A DNA stretch of 64,000 nucleotides, taken from Candidatus Poribacteria bacterium (GTDB taxonomy: Bacteria > Poribacteria > WGA-4E > JAJDTR01). The stretch lies in NCBI GenBank assembly GCA_965222225.1, contig CBDCTK010000002.1, forward strand, positions 3,904,001-3,968,000. Direction: 5' to 3'. The position numbers and the translations under genes were made by a program. Numbering within the stretch: position 1 is the first letter of the stretch; each line of letters starts with the position of its first letter. A model generated the notes under the pieces. That model was given only the letters and a program-made list of their open reading frames with translations, was not told the origin of the DNA and made no database searches. Shown here one piece after another: positions 11,320 to 22,000 of this stretch.

Positions 11320-12225
11320 TCAGTACCGCGTTGATTCCCGTAGTTCCTGGTACCGACGGTCAATCTCCGCACGTTTCAAGATACGCTGACGATTCAAGCT
11401 GAAGTCTTCGACATTGAATGACGCAACGATTGTGCCGTACATGATGGCTTGTCGGACGGTTTCCTCGGCGATATCGTCGACCGAAGCGACATAACCAAGG
11501 AATCCGCCGGCAAAGCTATCACCCGCCCCGGTCGGGTCGCACACCGATTCAAGCGGATGAGCCGGAGCCGAAAAAAAGGTCGTCTCGGTGAGGGACATGG
11601 CGCCGTGCTCGCCCTTTTTGACGATCACTCGACTCGGTCCAAAAGTAAGGATTTTCTTGGCAGCGGAGATTAAGTTGTTTTCCTCGGTCAACAGTCGTGC
11701 CTCGGCATCGTTTAGGATCAATATGTCTACCATCCCAAGCGTTTGCATCAGCGCTGCACGACTGTTGTCAATCCAGAGGTTCATCGTGTCGCAAACGACT
11801 AGTTTCGGTTGATTGACCTGTCCGAGAACGTTGAGTTGTAGCTCCGGATTAATGTTTGCCAAAAAAACGTATGGAGTGTCCCGATAAGACTCCGGCAATT
11901 TTGGCTGGAAGTCTCCGTACACATTGAGATCGGTAAACAGTGTAGATGCCGAATTCAGATCGTCGGTGTAGCGCCCTCCCCAACGGAAAGTTTGCCCGCC
12001 TTCCACTCGCTCCAACCCTTCAATGTTAATCTGTCGCGATTCAAGGAATGCGAGATGCTCCTGTGGAAAATCGTCGCCGACGACAGCGACCATTCGTATG
12101 GAATCCGAAAAGAAACTAGCGGCAGTTGAAAAGTAAATCGCAGATCCGCCGAGGGCGTCTTCGACTCGACCAGCGGGTGTTTCAACCGAATCTAGCGCCG
12201 CAGATCCGACAACCAAGATACTCAT
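11320..12225 (-). CDS. PfkB-family carbohydrate/nucleoside kinase
   Basis: LGGSA...DPTGAGDSFAGG; lies downstream of ahcY. Confidence 0.9.
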   Translation of the reverse strand: MSILVVGSAALDSVETPAGRVEDALGGSAIYFSTAASFFSDSIRMVAVVGDDFPQEHLAFLESRQINIEGLERVEGGQTFRWGGRYTDDLNSASTLFTDLNVYGDFQPKLPESYRDTPYVFLANINPELQLNVLGQVNQPKLVVCDTMNLWIDNSRAALMQTLGMVDILILNDAEARLLTEENNLISAAKKILTFGPSRVIVKKGEHGAMSLTETTFFSAPAHPLESVCDPTGAGDSFAGGFLGYVASVDDIAEETVRQAIMYGTIVASFNVEDFSLNRQRILKRAEIDRRYQELRESTRY

Positions 12226-12269
12226 CTGGATGAAACCTCAAGAAAAATGATGAAAGAGCGCGGTGCGTT

Positions 12270-12516
12270 TAGCTCGACTTTGTAAAAAAGTACAATTCTG
12301 AATTGCCATCTTGTAGGGTGCGATCAAAGGAATGAATAATGACTGCGATAGAGATTCCCTGCGCACCAGCCTCTAAAAGCCCCAGAGTGGGATCAAGGGA
12401 GCGAATAGTGAGTGCGATAGAAACCTGACAGGTATGTAGCAGCCAACAATGAAAACATGAAAAAACTTTCTCAAAATCTCAAAAATGGCTTTGCCACCGA
12501 TTCTTCAAACAGGTTC
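12270..12516 (+). repeat. MITE/REP composite carrying two micro-element insertions (12323-12358, 12392-12426)
   Basis: Aligns with uninterrupted copies at 53759-53983 and 61105-61311; right end TTCAAACAGGTTC. Confidence 0.75.
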
Positions 12517-12633
12517 TAAGAGATGATGGAAGAAACTGGTCTGCATGGGAACGAGCGAACTAGCAAACTACGCGCTCGGTCTGGATTTGCCAATCCAGAC
12601 CGAGCAGTGAGGGCGCGCACCGAAAAATTCGTC

Positions 12634-12852
12634 TCAGCGATTTCTGTTTTCGCGGAATGCCGCCACCATCCTCCGAACACGCCGTATCAGAATTGTAACA
12701 AGTACAACGAGCACGACAAATTGCAATACCCGAAGCAGGTTAAGTACCCCGCTGGGCATGTCAACCTCTCTTGATTGCGCCAACCAGATTGGAAGAAGCG
12801 CGACAGCCGACACGAGCAGTATCCAATTTTCCCAACGATCCCACGTTTTCAT
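12634..12852 (-). CDS. Small two-TM membrane protein
   Basis: 72 aa, two hydrophobic segments, GGAGG RBS, co-oriented after ahcY. Confidence 0.65.
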   Translation of the reverse strand: MKTWDRWENWILLVSAVALLPIWLAQSREVDMPSGVLNLLRVLQFVVLVVLVTILIRRVRRMVAAFRENRNR

Positions 12853-12908
12853 GAGAGCAAAACCTCCAAATCAATCTCTAGCTGCTAACGCTTAAACTCG
12901 CCATTGGA

Positions 12909-14171
12909 TCAGGTACCCATTGTCCAAGAACTCAGATAGGTATGTTGTTCTTCCGTAAGTTCGTCAATCTCAACACCAAGCGCATGAAGTTTCATCTCGG
13001 CAATCGATGTATCAATCCCTTCCGGAACAACATACACGCTTTTCTCCAGGCTTTCGTGGTTTTTTACGATATACTCAGCCGACAGAGCCTGATTCGCAAA
13101 ACTCATGTCCATGACACTCGCCGGGTGGCCCTCCGCCGAAGTGAGGTTAATGAGTCGTCCTTCGCCCAGAAGATGGAGTTTGCGCCCATCCCTCAACGTG
13201 TACTCTTCGACATATTTCCGCACAACCTTCTTTTCTACGCTTAGTTCCTCAAGATCGTCAATGTTGATTTCGACATTAAAGTGACCCGAATTGCAAATGA
13301 CTGCGCCATCCTTCATCACTTCAAAATGTTCGCGTCGAAGAACGTGTATGTCTCCCGTGATGGTCACTACAACGTCCGCCTCGGTCACGGCTTTGGTCAT
13401 CGGTAGAACGCGGAAACCGTCCATTACTGCCTCAAGCGCGTTAAGGGCATCGACTTCGGTGACGATGACATTTGCGCCCAAGCCGCGCGCTCTGTTGGCG
13501 AATCCTCGGCCGCACCAGCCATAGCCGGCTACGACAACCGTTGCACCCGCGATTAACAGATTCGTTGCGCGAATGATGCCGTCCAGCGTGCTCTGACCCG
13601 TACCGTACCGATTGTCGAATAAGTGCTTCGTTTTGGCGTCATTCACCGCGATGATGGGATACTTTAAGACGCCTTCGTTCGCCATGCTTTTCAGGCGAAT
13701 CACTCCCGTTGTTGTTTCCTCGGTCCCCGCAAACACATTTTCGACAAAGCCGGGGTTCATATCCTCGGCATGAAGTCGAGAGACAAGATCCGCGCCGTCG
13801 TCCATGGTGATCATCGGTCCCGAATTGATAGCGGCATCAATATGCTGATAGTAGGTTTCGGTGTCTTCGCCGTTGATGGCAAACACCGGTATTCCATCGT
13901 GCACGACCAGTGATGCCGCCACATCATCCTGCGTGCTCAATGGATTCGAGGCGCACAAAACCACCTCCGCTCCGCCCGCTTTCAGTGCTCGCATAAGGTT
14001 CGCGGTTTCCGTTGTAACGTGCAAACACGCCGCCACCCTTATCCCCTCCAGCGGACGGTCTTCCTCGAAACGCTCGCGAATCAGGCGGAGTACAGGCATA
14101 AAGCGATCCGCCCAGTCAATACGTCGTTTTCCTTCTGCTGCCAAGTTGCGACTCTTAATATCGCAGTCCAT
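12909..14171 (-). CDS. ahcY: Adenosylhomocysteinase
   Basis: [38 protein letters not shown]. Confidence 0.97.
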   Translation of the reverse strand: MDCDIKSRNLAAEGKRRIDWADRFMPVLRLIRERFEEDRPLEGIRVAACLHVTTETANLMRALKAGGAEVVLCASNPLSTQDDVAASLVVHDGIPVFAINGEDTETYYQHIDAAINSGPMITMDDGADLVSRLHAEDMNPGFVENVFAGTEETTTGVIRLKSMANEGVLKYPIIAVNDAKTKHLFDNRYGTGQSTLDGIIRATNLLIAGATVVVAGYGWCGRGFANRARGLGANVIVTEVDALNALEAVMDGFRVLPMTKAVTEADVVVTITGDIHVLRREHFEVMKDGAVICNSGHFNVEINIDDLEELSVEKKVVRKYVEEYTLRDGRKLHLLGEGRLINLTSAEGHPASVMDMSFANQALSAEYIVKNHESLEKSVYVVPEGIDTSIAEMKLHALGVEIDELTEEQHTYLSSWTMGT

Positions 14172-14181
14172 TTCTTCTCCT

Positions 14182-15330
14182 TCAAATTCCGGCTTCCGAT
14201 TTAAGCAAATCGGTGTAATCTGTTAATTCCCACGTAAAGCCTGGTTCATTCCGTCCAAAATGTCCGTAACTTGCCGTATTTTTGTAGATTGGCTTTCGCA
14301 AATCAAGTCGCTGGATGATTCCGTATGGTGTCAAATCGAACTGTTTCTGAACAAGGGTTGTAAGTTGCTCATCCTCAATTTTGCCCGTGCCGAAAGTCTC
14401 TACCATGATTGAAATGGGTTCTTCCACTCCAATGGCGTAGGAAACCTCCACTTCGCATCGATCCGCGAGTTCGGCGGCAACAATATTCTTTGCCACATGT
14501 CGAGCGGCGTAGCATGCGCTCCGGTCAACCTTTGTCGGATCTTTGCCGGAAAACGCTCCGCCGCCGTGCCTGCCCATCCCGCCATACGTATCGGCAATAA
14601 TCTTTCTCCCGGTTAAGCCCGAATCACCTTGCGGTCCTCCTACGACAAACCTGCCGGTCGGATTGATGTGATATTTGATGTCCGCACCTCGTAGATCGTC
14701 GGGAATGACACGTTTGATAATCTCTTCCACCACACCCTCTTTCAACACCCCGTCGGGCACGTCCGGATGGTGTTGGGTAGAGATGACCACTGTGCCCACA
14801 TTAACAGGTCTTCCATTTTGGTATTCGACCGTCACCTGAGATTTTCCGTCCGGGCGAAGAAATTCAAGTATACCTGCTTTCCGTGCTTCAGCGAGACGCC
14901 GCGTGAGTTTATGTGCCAGAGTAATGGGCATCGGCATCAATTCCGGCGTTTCGTTACACGCGTAGCCGAACATCATACCTTGATCGCCCGCGCCTCGGCG
15001 ATCGACCCCCATCGCAATATCGGGAGATTGTTCGTCAATCGCCGTCAATAATGCGCAGTGATCGCCGTCAAATCCATAGCTGGCATCAATATAGCCAATG
15101 TCTTTTATTACGTTCCGAGCAAGCGACGGATAATCCACATGATTGGCGTGCGTAGTAATCTCACCGGTGATAAGTGCAAGCCCGGTTGTCACGAGAGTCT
15201 CACAGGCGACGCGGCCCATCGGATCTTCCGACATAATTGCGTCGAGTACAGCATCGGAAATCTGATCCGCAACCTTATCCGGATGTCCTTCAGTTATGGA
15301 TTCTGAAGTAAACAAATAGTTTCGGCTCAA
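14182..15330 (-). CDS. metK: S-adenosylmethionine synthetase
   Basis: [35 protein letters not shown]. Confidence 0.98.
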   Translation of the reverse strand: MSRNYLFTSESITEGHPDKVADQISDAVLDAIMSEDPMGRVACETLVTTGLALITGEITTHANHVDYPSLARNVIKDIGYIDASYGFDGDHCALLTAIDEQSPDIAMGVDRRGAGDQGMMFGYACNETPELMPMPITLAHKLTRRLAEARKAGILEFLRPDGKSQVTVEYQNGRPVNVGTVVISTQHHPDVPDGVLKEGVVEEIIKRVIPDDLRGADIKYHINPTGRFVVGGPQGDSGLTGRKIIADTYGGMGRHGGGAFSGKDPTKVDRSACYAARHVAKNIVAAELADRCEVEVSYAIGVEEPISIMVETFGTGKIEDEQLTTLVQKQFDLTPYGIIQRLDLRKPIYKNTASYGHFGRNEPGFTWELTDYTDLLKSEAGI

Positions 15331-15356
15331 TTCATGTCTCCTCGTGTATTATATTA

Positions 15357-15508
15357 ACCCAAGTTGCCACCTTTGTAGCACAATCTGTTAGATTGTGCTT
15401 GTGGTGCGCAAACTGTCAGTTTGCGCTACGGAATCTCGGCAATTAATGAACTATTCTCAATTAAAAACGGTGGTGCATGTCTAAAATCTTGTAAGTAGCA
15501 ACTTGGGC
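15357..15508. mobile_element. MITE family 2 (TIR CCCAAGTTGCYAC, flanked by TA)
   Basis: TA-ACCCAAGTTGCCAC...GTAGCAACTTGGGC-TA; near-identical partial copy at 61340-61474; split copy at 46101-46148 / 48548-48572. Confidence 0.7.
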
Positions 15509-15515
15509 TATTTAA

Positions 15516-15687
15516 GAGCCTGTTTGAAAAGTACATTTGTAGGGTGCGATCGACTGACTGATTAAGGAAGGCGATAGTAAATCTTGATAGAGATCCCGCA
15601 GGTACGTAGCAGACAACAATAACAACATGAAAAAACTTCCTACCAATGACCAAGAATGGCTTTGCTACCAATTATTCAATCAGGCTC
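15516..15687. mobile_element. MITE family 1 (TIR GAGCCTGTTTGAA, TAA duplication) containing a micro-element at 15549-15597
   Basis: TAA-GAGCCTGTTTGAA...TTCAATCAGGCTC-TAA. Confidence 0.75.
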
Positions 15688-16241
15688 TAAAGGGCATAAC
15701 GAGCAATCTTCAGCATTAAAGCTCATCTTCCGAGGCGTCTGATAAGTTACGGATTGGAAGGTTGGAGAACTCCTGCCACGCCATCTTGGAAATGTAAATT
15801 CTATTTCCTAAACTTGTCTCAATCTTGATGATGTGCTGCTTTGCACCGCGGATAGTTTGTCTTGATTTTGACTTCGGTTAATTGGTCAATTGAACGCCTC
15901 AAAACCTTCAGATTATCAATCTTACACATTTGTGATTTACTACGGTTATACGCAGAACGGCCAAGCGAGAATATACGATAATTCACATAATCTCTTGAGA
16001 ATATGGGGACGGAAATGAGATAGGCCGACTTATCGTGATCTGATGGAAGGGCTTTCATCAACCGACTTTATTTAGGCGAGGTTTGAAAAACAGAATGAGG
16101 GCAGGACAGCATATATGACACCCAAATGGCAGCCTTGCCAAGGCAAATTACCGCAATGACAAGCGTATGGGCATAGACAATAGCCGAATGGTCCATTGAA
16201 ATATTGAGCCGCTAACCTCCGATTAAAGCCTGAGTCCGACG

Positions 16242-16270
16242 AAACCGCCGGATGCTAAACCCGACGGTTT
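16242..16270 (-). terminator. Probable intrinsic terminator downstream of rpsA
   Basis: Minus strand AAACCGTCGGG-TTTAGCA-TCCGGCGGTTT hairpin; short U tract. Confidence 0.45.
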
Positions 16271-16389
16271 GTGGAATCCAAGCTATGCCGCGCCCGCTTG
16301 GACGCGCCATAACGAAGGCGGGATCAATTTTGAAGAATGCGCAATGACAGATTTCTAGAATCCCTTGTCGTGCTGTTGCGGTTAGGGAG

Positions 16390-18399
16390 TTAGCCATCCG
16401 AATTTGGCTTATTTAATTCTTCTTGGAGCAAAGCGCCAAATGTTGCCGGTTCCTCATCCCTACTCTCAGACTGCTCTTCCTGATATTGAATCGTTGATGC
16501 CCGTTCCTGCTCAGCTAGCGCAGCTTTCAAACTTAAACCAATCCGACGCTCGTTGATATCTAGATGAATTACTTTTAGGTTTAATTGATCGCCAATCGAG
16601 ACAATCTCTTCCGGCTTTTCAATTCTTCGATCAGCTAGTTCCGAAATATGTACAAGACCTTCAACGGCATCTTCTAGCTTGGCAAATGCACCGAAACTCG
16701 TCAAGTTCATGATCTCGCCGGTCACCACGGAGCCAATCTTATATTTTTCCGTGACTTGCAACCAAGGGTCTGGTTCGATCTGTTTCAACCCAAGCGATAC
16801 GCGTTGTTCGGCGGGATTAATCTGTAAGACCACGACTTCAACCTCGGCGCCTTCCTTCAAAACCTCGCGAGGATGAACATCGCGCTTGACCCAAGAAAGA
16901 TCCGAGACGTGGATTAGTCCATCAATTCCCTCTTCAATCTCCACGAAAGCGCCGAAATCTGTGAGGTTGCGTATGCGCCCGGTAACCTTTGTCCCAATCG
17001 GATATCTCTCTTCAAGCATTTCCCACGGATTGGGCTCTAACTGCTTAAGTCCAAGAGAAACCCTTTTCGAAGATTTGGTAATATCAAGAACTATTGCCTC
17101 GATCTCGTCATCTTTTGTGACAAACTTGGAAGGTGCGACATTGCTCCGTGTCCATGACATTTCCGAGACGTGAATAAGTCCCTCAACACCCTCTTCCAGC
17201 TCCAAGAATGCCCCATAATTGACAATGTTGACCACTTTTCCTTTGACGGTGGAGCCTATGGGATATTTTACCTCAATACCATCCCAAGGATTTGGCGTCC
17301 TCTGCTTTAACCCTAATGACACTTTCTCCTTTTCGTGGTCAACACCTATGACGAGCACCTCAATCTCGTCACTGATGGAAACGATTTCAGAAGGTTGATT
17401 TACCTTCTTCCACGACATATCGGTTTTGTGGAGGAGACCATCAATGCCACCCAAGTCAACAAAGGCACCGAAAGAAGTGATATTCTTGACAACTCCGGTA
17501 CGGGTCTGTCCAACCTCAAGGCCGCTAAGAAGTTCCGTCTTGCGTGCGACGAGTTCCTCTTCCAGCAACGTCCGCCGGGACAACACGATGTTGTGACGCC
17601 GTTTGTTGAGTTTAACTATCTTAAGTTCAAGCGTCGTCCCAACGTATTTATCCAGATTTGGAATTGGGCGCAATTCTATCTGTGAGGCGGGAAGAAATGC
17701 CCGTAAGGACCCGATATCGACACGAAGCCCACCTTTGATTCTCTCTACGACCTTGCCCTCAATTGTCTGCCCCTGTTCACATGCCACGGCGACATCATCC
17801 CAAATACGAGTCTGATCGGCAAGTTTCTTTGAAAGTATAAGCTGACCGTCGGAATTTTCCCTCCGGACAATGTATACATCAATCTCCTCGCCAACCTGTA
17901 CTTGGGGCAGACCATCTTCTGTTGCCTCAAACTCGGATGACGGAATATATCCTTCGGATTTGAACCCTATGTCAATCATGACTTCGTCACGACCAAACTC
18001 CACAACGGCGCCTTTTACAATCTGTCCCTCGGTAAAAGCTTTGATCGAGTTGTTATACGCCTTTTCGAGAGACTCGCCGCTAAATAGGGATGCGCCGGCA
18101 TCTGGTTCTTTGTCCGCAGTTGGCGTCTCGGAGACCGACTGCTGAGAATCCTCCGGGACCTCGCTAAGCGCAGCGGCTTCTGAAGAAATAGCGGCATCTT
18201 CCTCTACATTTTTAGAAGTGTCAGTATCCTCTGCGTCACCTGTCGAGGTGTCGTCCTCAACGGCGCTCTGCACGCTGCCCTCCGGTTGGTCGCCTTGAGA
18301 CTCGTCCTGAAGGCTTTCTGCGGTATCGGTTTCTGCTTCCATCAAGCTAGTATCTTGATCTGTAGTTGCCCCTTCTTTGTGTGAATCCTCGTTCATCAA
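16390..18399 (-). CDS. rpsA: 30S ribosomal protein S1 with a long acidic N-terminal extension
   Basis: Six S1 repeats (e.g. FGAFVDLGGIDGLLH, GVEGLIHVSEMSW). Confidence 0.96.
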   Translation of the reverse strand: MMNEDSHKEGATTDQDTSLMEAETDTAESLQDESQGDQPEGSVQSAVEDDTSTGDAEDTDTSKNVEEDAAISSEAAALSEVPEDSQQSVSETPTADKEPDAGASLFSGESLEKAYNNSIKAFTEGQIVKGAVVEFGRDEVMIDIGFKSEGYIPSSEFEATEDGLPQVQVGEEIDVYIVRRENSDGQLILSKKLADQTRIWDDVAVACEQGQTIEGKVVERIKGGLRVDIGSLRAFLPASQIELRPIPNLDKYVGTTLELKIVKLNKRRHNIVLSRRTLLEEELVARKTELLSGLEVGQTRTGVVKNITSFGAFVDLGGIDGLLHKTDMSWKKVNQPSEIVSISDEIEVLVIGVDHEKEKVSLGLKQRTPNPWDGIEVKYPIGSTVKGKVVNIVNYGAFLELEEGVEGLIHVSEMSWTRSNVAPSKFVTKDDEIEAIVLDITKSSKRVSLGLKQLEPNPWEMLEERYPIGTKVTGRIRNLTDFGAFVEIEEGIDGLIHVSDLSWVKRDVHPREVLKEGAEVEVVVLQINPAEQRVSLGLKQIEPDPWLQVTEKYKIGSVVTGEIMNLTSFGAFAKLEDAVEGLVHISELADRRIEKPEEIVSIGDQLNLKVIHLDINERRIGLSLKAALAEQERASTIQYQEEQSESRDEEPATFGALLQEELNKPNSDG

Positions 18400-18600
18400 C
18401 TTATCTGGCTTTATCCGAAAACGTAAAATAATACTTAATCCAACTCAACCAGATTCCTCCTTTGTCATGGATCTATCCTCGGGATAGGTCGTTACCGCCC
18501 AGAATCAATTAAAACCTGTATAGTATAGCATACGCGAATACTGACTTGCAAATGCAAACTTTGGTTCAATCAGAGCAATTGCATCTAATTGTTTCTGGTT

Positions 18601-18686
18601 ATCGGAGCGCGATAGTAGATCTTGATAGAGTTCCCTTAGAGATTCCAGGGCGATAGAAATCCCATAGAGCTCTCATAGACATTTCC
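18601..18686 (+). mobile_element. Micro-element array dominated by six tandem right ends
   Basis: GCGATAG-TAGATCTT, GATAG-AGTTCCC, TTAG-AGATTCC, GCGATAG-AAATCCC, ATAG-AGCTCTC, ATAG-ACATTTCC. Confidence 0.75.
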
Positions 18687-18869
18687 AATCGCAATTCGAT
18701 CGTATAATCCTTCGTTGTTAACTCGGATGATTTCTTTCAGTTTCGCTGAATAAACAGGAATTGCGAATTTGATTTGCTTTGACTTTTCTTTTCCCTTTCT
18801 GCTACAATAAGCTGGCAATATCTGTTTAAGATACATAACGAAATTTAGTGTGATGAGAGGAAAATTAAA

Positions 18870-19211
18870 ATGGCAAACGAATCCATGACCGTTCGAGAAA
18901 ATTCCGATGTAACCGTTATTGATGTTCAAGAAGACCTTGGAAGCTATGTGGCTTCGGATTTGCGAGAAACCCTTGAAGATCTTCTCATGAGCAAAACTCA
19001 AAAAATCATCGTAAACCTGGGAAACGTGCAACATATCAACAGTACGGGCGTCGGGGCGATAGTTGGTGCGGCAAAGCGAATTCGCCAATGGGGCGGTGAT
19101 GTAAAAGTGTGTGGGCTTTCGGACAACATTAAACGAACTTTCGATCTCACCGGCGCTTCTAGCGTCGTCGAAATCTATGAGTCGGAAAGCAGCGCGATTT
19201 CCGCTTTTTGA
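18870..19211 (+). CDS. STAS anti-sigma factor antagonist (RsbV/SpoIIAA-like)
   Basis: IIVNLGNVQHINSTGVG. Confidence 0.9.
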   Translation: MANESMTVRENSDVTVIDVQEDLGSYVASDLRETLEDLLMSKTQKIIVNLGNVQHINSTGVGAIVGAAKRIRQWGGDVKVCGLSDNIKRTFDLTGASSVVEIYESESSAISAF

Positions 19212-19442
19212 CGCCGAGTCACAATTCCCTAGATTGCCTAAACGCGTTTATGCACCGCAGTTTTAATCTTGATATGCGTTCAATGACACGCCCGATTCAA
19301 CGTTGAGCCAAAGCCTGAAAGCATGATTTTCGAGACACTAAATGTTCTAAGCGGTTGGTTCGAACTTGTCTCCGTGGCGATAATATATGCGTTACAATCA
19401 GAGTAACAATTCATCCTCAGCACAACAACTCGCGGTAAAAAC

Positions 19443-19910
19443 ATGGGACAAGAGCATATTGAAATCCAGTTCCCCAGCCGTTTGTGGTATATTGAGCCGG
19501 TTCTCGCCCTTCTCAAGCAATTGGCTCAACAACTTGGATTCTGCCAACAGCGCATTGCGGACATTCAGCTTGCGATTGATGAAATCTGTGGGAATGCAAT
19601 TGAACACGGATCGGAAGGCAATGACACGGGAATCACTATCAGTATTGATGTGAACGACCACCAACTTGATATTCTTGTCAGGGACAAAGGAACACAAGAC
19701 AGAGGGGATTGGTTAACAGCGGAAAAACTCAAGGAAATATATCAACGGCGTGCGCCTGACCGAGAACGGGGACATGGAATCTTCATGGTAGAAAAACTAT
19801 CGGACGAAGTGAAAATGGAGCCAAACTCATTTGGCGGTACGGATGTTCGAGTTAGCTTTGGCCTCCCAACCGATGAACTGCGCCCACGGAACACAACACC
19901 CTCCACCTAA
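19443..19910 (+). CDS. Anti-sigma factor Ser/Thr kinase (RsbW-like)
   Basis: LAIDEICGNAIEHG, VRDKG, RGHGIFMVEKLSD. Confidence 0.9.
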   Translation: MGQEHIEIQFPSRLWYIEPVLALLKQLAQQLGFCQQRIADIQLAIDEICGNAIEHGSEGNDTGITISIDVNDHQLDILVRDKGTQDRGDWLTAEKLKEIYQRRAPDRERGHGIFMVEKLSDEVKMEPNSFGGTDVRVSFGLPTDELRPRNTTPST

Positions 19911-19956
19911 CCAGCCCGTTAGGCAAGTCTCAGCTTGACTTTGTACATTTGTAGAG

Positions 19957-20010
19957 ATCAAACGAGTGGATAGCGAGTGCGATAGCTAATCCCGCGCGAT
20001 AGAAGATTCC
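19957..20010 (+). mobile_element. Micro-element plus an extra right end
   Basis: ATCAAACGAGTGGATAGCGAGTGCGATAGCTAATCCC-GCGCGATAGAAGATTCC. Confidence 0.85.
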
Positions 20011-20025
20011 TTCACGCCCCCTCAA

Positions 20026-21222
20026 TCAATGATTTCTCGGTCGGAACGGCTTGACATCCGACTCGACGACATCAACGGCGACGAATGTCAAATCGTCATC
20101 CGTCGGAATCCCGTTTCTGAACTTTTCGATGCTACCCAGAAGCCGACTGACAAGCGCACCCCCGGATTCATCCGTTTCTTGAACGGCAGTTTCCTCAAGT
20201 CGGCGTTCGCCAAATTCTTCTCTCTCCGGATTTCTCGCCTCGTACGCGCCATCCGTATAGAGCAACATCCTGCTGCAACGGTTAAAGTCGTAGTTGGCGG
20301 TTTCGTAGATGGAGTTTGCTAACAGCCCCAGTCCCTTTCCAGCGACTCCCTGACAAAGCAACTCACAGGTACCGTGGTGTCGGTGGATGAGGAGTGGATA
20401 CGGGTGCCCCGCATTTGCGCAGGAAATCGTTTCATTCGGCAAATCTATCACTGCATAGAACGCGGTCGCGAACATGAACATCTGCGAACTGATTGTATTG
20501 TTAAACCGAGCGTTTAAGGTCGTAAGCAGTAGTCCGGGATCGTTTCCCATCCGATCTCTAATCTCCCCGACAACCGTTTTCATGAACACGGCAACGAGCG
20601 CGGCAGACACGCCATGCCCCATTACGTCGGAAATGAATATCCCCAAACGACCCGGCTCTATTTCCCAGAAATCAAAGAAATCACCGCCTACCTCTATCTC
20701 CGGAGTGGAATGCGACACAATCCGGAATCCTGCCAAATCGACAAGTCCGTTTTGTGGCATCAAGATTTCTTGGACTTGCCGTGCCATCTCTAACTCGGCT
20801 TTCAAACGGGCATTATGCGCTTCCAGTTCATCACGGTATTCTTTAATGCGCAGCAGCGAGCCGACGCGCGCCACGATTTCGTGCCCATCAAACGGCTTGG
20901 AGATAAAATCGTCCGCGCCCGCTTGAATTGATTGGATACGATCGGCGGTATCTCTTAGCGCCGTAACCATCACTACGGGGACAAACTGTGTTGATTCATC
21001 CGCGCGAATTCGCCGACACACCTCAAACCCATCCATTCTCGGCATCTGAATATCTAGCAGAACCAAGTCTGGAGGGTTTGACGCTATCAGTTCTAGGGCT
21101 TCGCTTCCGCTGGTGGCGGTAAGCACGACATAGCCCTTTGCTTCAAGCTGAATCTGAAGTATTTTGATGTTTATTTCGTCATCATCAACAACGAGGATTT
21201 TGGGTGTTGCGCGCGCGCTCAT
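20026..21222 (-). CDS. Response regulator fused to a PP2C/SpoIIE phosphatase
   Basis: REC (VVDDD, LLDIQMP), then VGGDFFDF, SDVMGHG, LYTDG, DDLT. Confidence 0.92.
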   Translation of the reverse strand: MSARATPKILVVDDDEINIKILQIQLEAKGYVVLTATSGSEALELIASNPPDLVLLDIQMPRMDGFEVCRRIRADESTQFVPVVMVTALRDTADRIQSIQAGADDFISKPFDGHEIVARVGSLLRIKEYRDELEAHNARLKAELEMARQVQEILMPQNGLVDLAGFRIVSHSTPEIEVGGDFFDFWEIEPGRLGIFISDVMGHGVSAALVAVFMKTVVGEIRDRMGNDPGLLLTTLNARFNNTISSQMFMFATAFYAVIDLPNETISCANAGHPYPLLIHRHHGTCELLCQGVAGKGLGLLANSIYETANYDFNRCSRMLLYTDGAYEARNPEREEFGERRLEETAVQETDESGGALVSRLLGSIEKFRNGIPTDDDLTFVAVDVVESDVKPFRPRNH

Positions 21223-21602
21223 TCCCCGGATTCTCCTGCATACTTACCCACAAGATTGACCAGAACGCGGGTATCAATGGGTTTGCTAATATAATCGTCA
21301 CACCCGGCTTCAAGTATCCGTTCGCGGTCGCCTTTCATTGCCGCCGCGGTCAAGGCAAGGATTGGAACATGCTGCCATCGGGGGTCCGTTTTAATCTGCC
21401 GAGTCAATTCCTCTCCGTCCATTCCACCGGGAAGGGAAATATCCATCAGAATCAAGTCCGGTGTTTTCGTGTTCAGTATCTGAAGGGTTTCTTCCGCGGT
21501 GGTTGCCTCGAGCATTTCATATCCTTCCGCTTCCAGCACAATCCGCACGACCTTCCGATTTAACTCTTTGTCCTCAACGACTAAAACACTTTTGGCGCTC
21601 AC
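21219..21602 (-). CDS. Single-domain response regulator (DivK-like)
   Basis: VVED, LMDISLP, ISKP. Confidence 0.92.
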   Translation of the reverse strand: MSAKSVLVVEDKELNRKVVRIVLEAEGYEMLEATTAEETLQILNTKTPDLILMDISLPGGMDGEELTRQIKTDPRWQHVPILALTAAAMKGDRERILEAGCDDYISKPIDTRVLVNLVGKYAGESGE

Positions 21603-21701
21603 GTGTGAATTTCCTTTTCCCCACTATCTGCCGTCTCCGTGTTGAATCTCCTCATCAAGCCAACACCGCCCGAAGTGGATTGACAAATCCACTGCAGTAT
21701 C

Positions 21702-21993
21702 TAACCCAAATTGCCACCCCTCTCGTAGGTCGGGATCAAGCGAGCAATCAAGCGACTGGATAAGGAGCGCGATAGAGTTCCCGACAGGTCGGTTGTGTCT
21801 CGCGTAGATGGTCCAAATTGATGCAGCCGCCTAGCTCTCGCTTTGTGATGTTTTCGATTGGGACGTAATCCAAGTGTCGCCCCTCTGGGGCTTTAGCGTG
21901 TGGCTAATCCACGTTTCTATACACCTGTCACCCCGCTGGGGCTTTGATGTCCGGATAATACATAAATACTTAGCGAATAAACTACTTAGGTTA
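21702..21993. repeat. MITE family 2-like composite with GCCCC..GGGGC palindromes and a micro-element nest (21735-21782)
   Basis: Left end TAACCCAAATTGCCAC; internal content similar to 42429-42721. Confidence 0.6.
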
Positions 21994-22000
21994 TCTATAT

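Noticed and set aside
12323-12426. DGR-type adenine mutagenesis as the source of element variability
   Set aside because: Most adenines are invariant and the variation is compensatory pairing. No reverse transcriptase or template/variable repeat pair is in the window.
15690-15840. SAM-I riboswitch upstream of metK
   Set aside because: A GGAAGATGAG-like end is present on the minus strand, but the GAGGGA, GCAACC and GTGC core motifs are absent.
15819-16061. 80-aa ORF between rpsA and metK
   Set aside because: No recognisable motif or clear RBS; cannot be supported.
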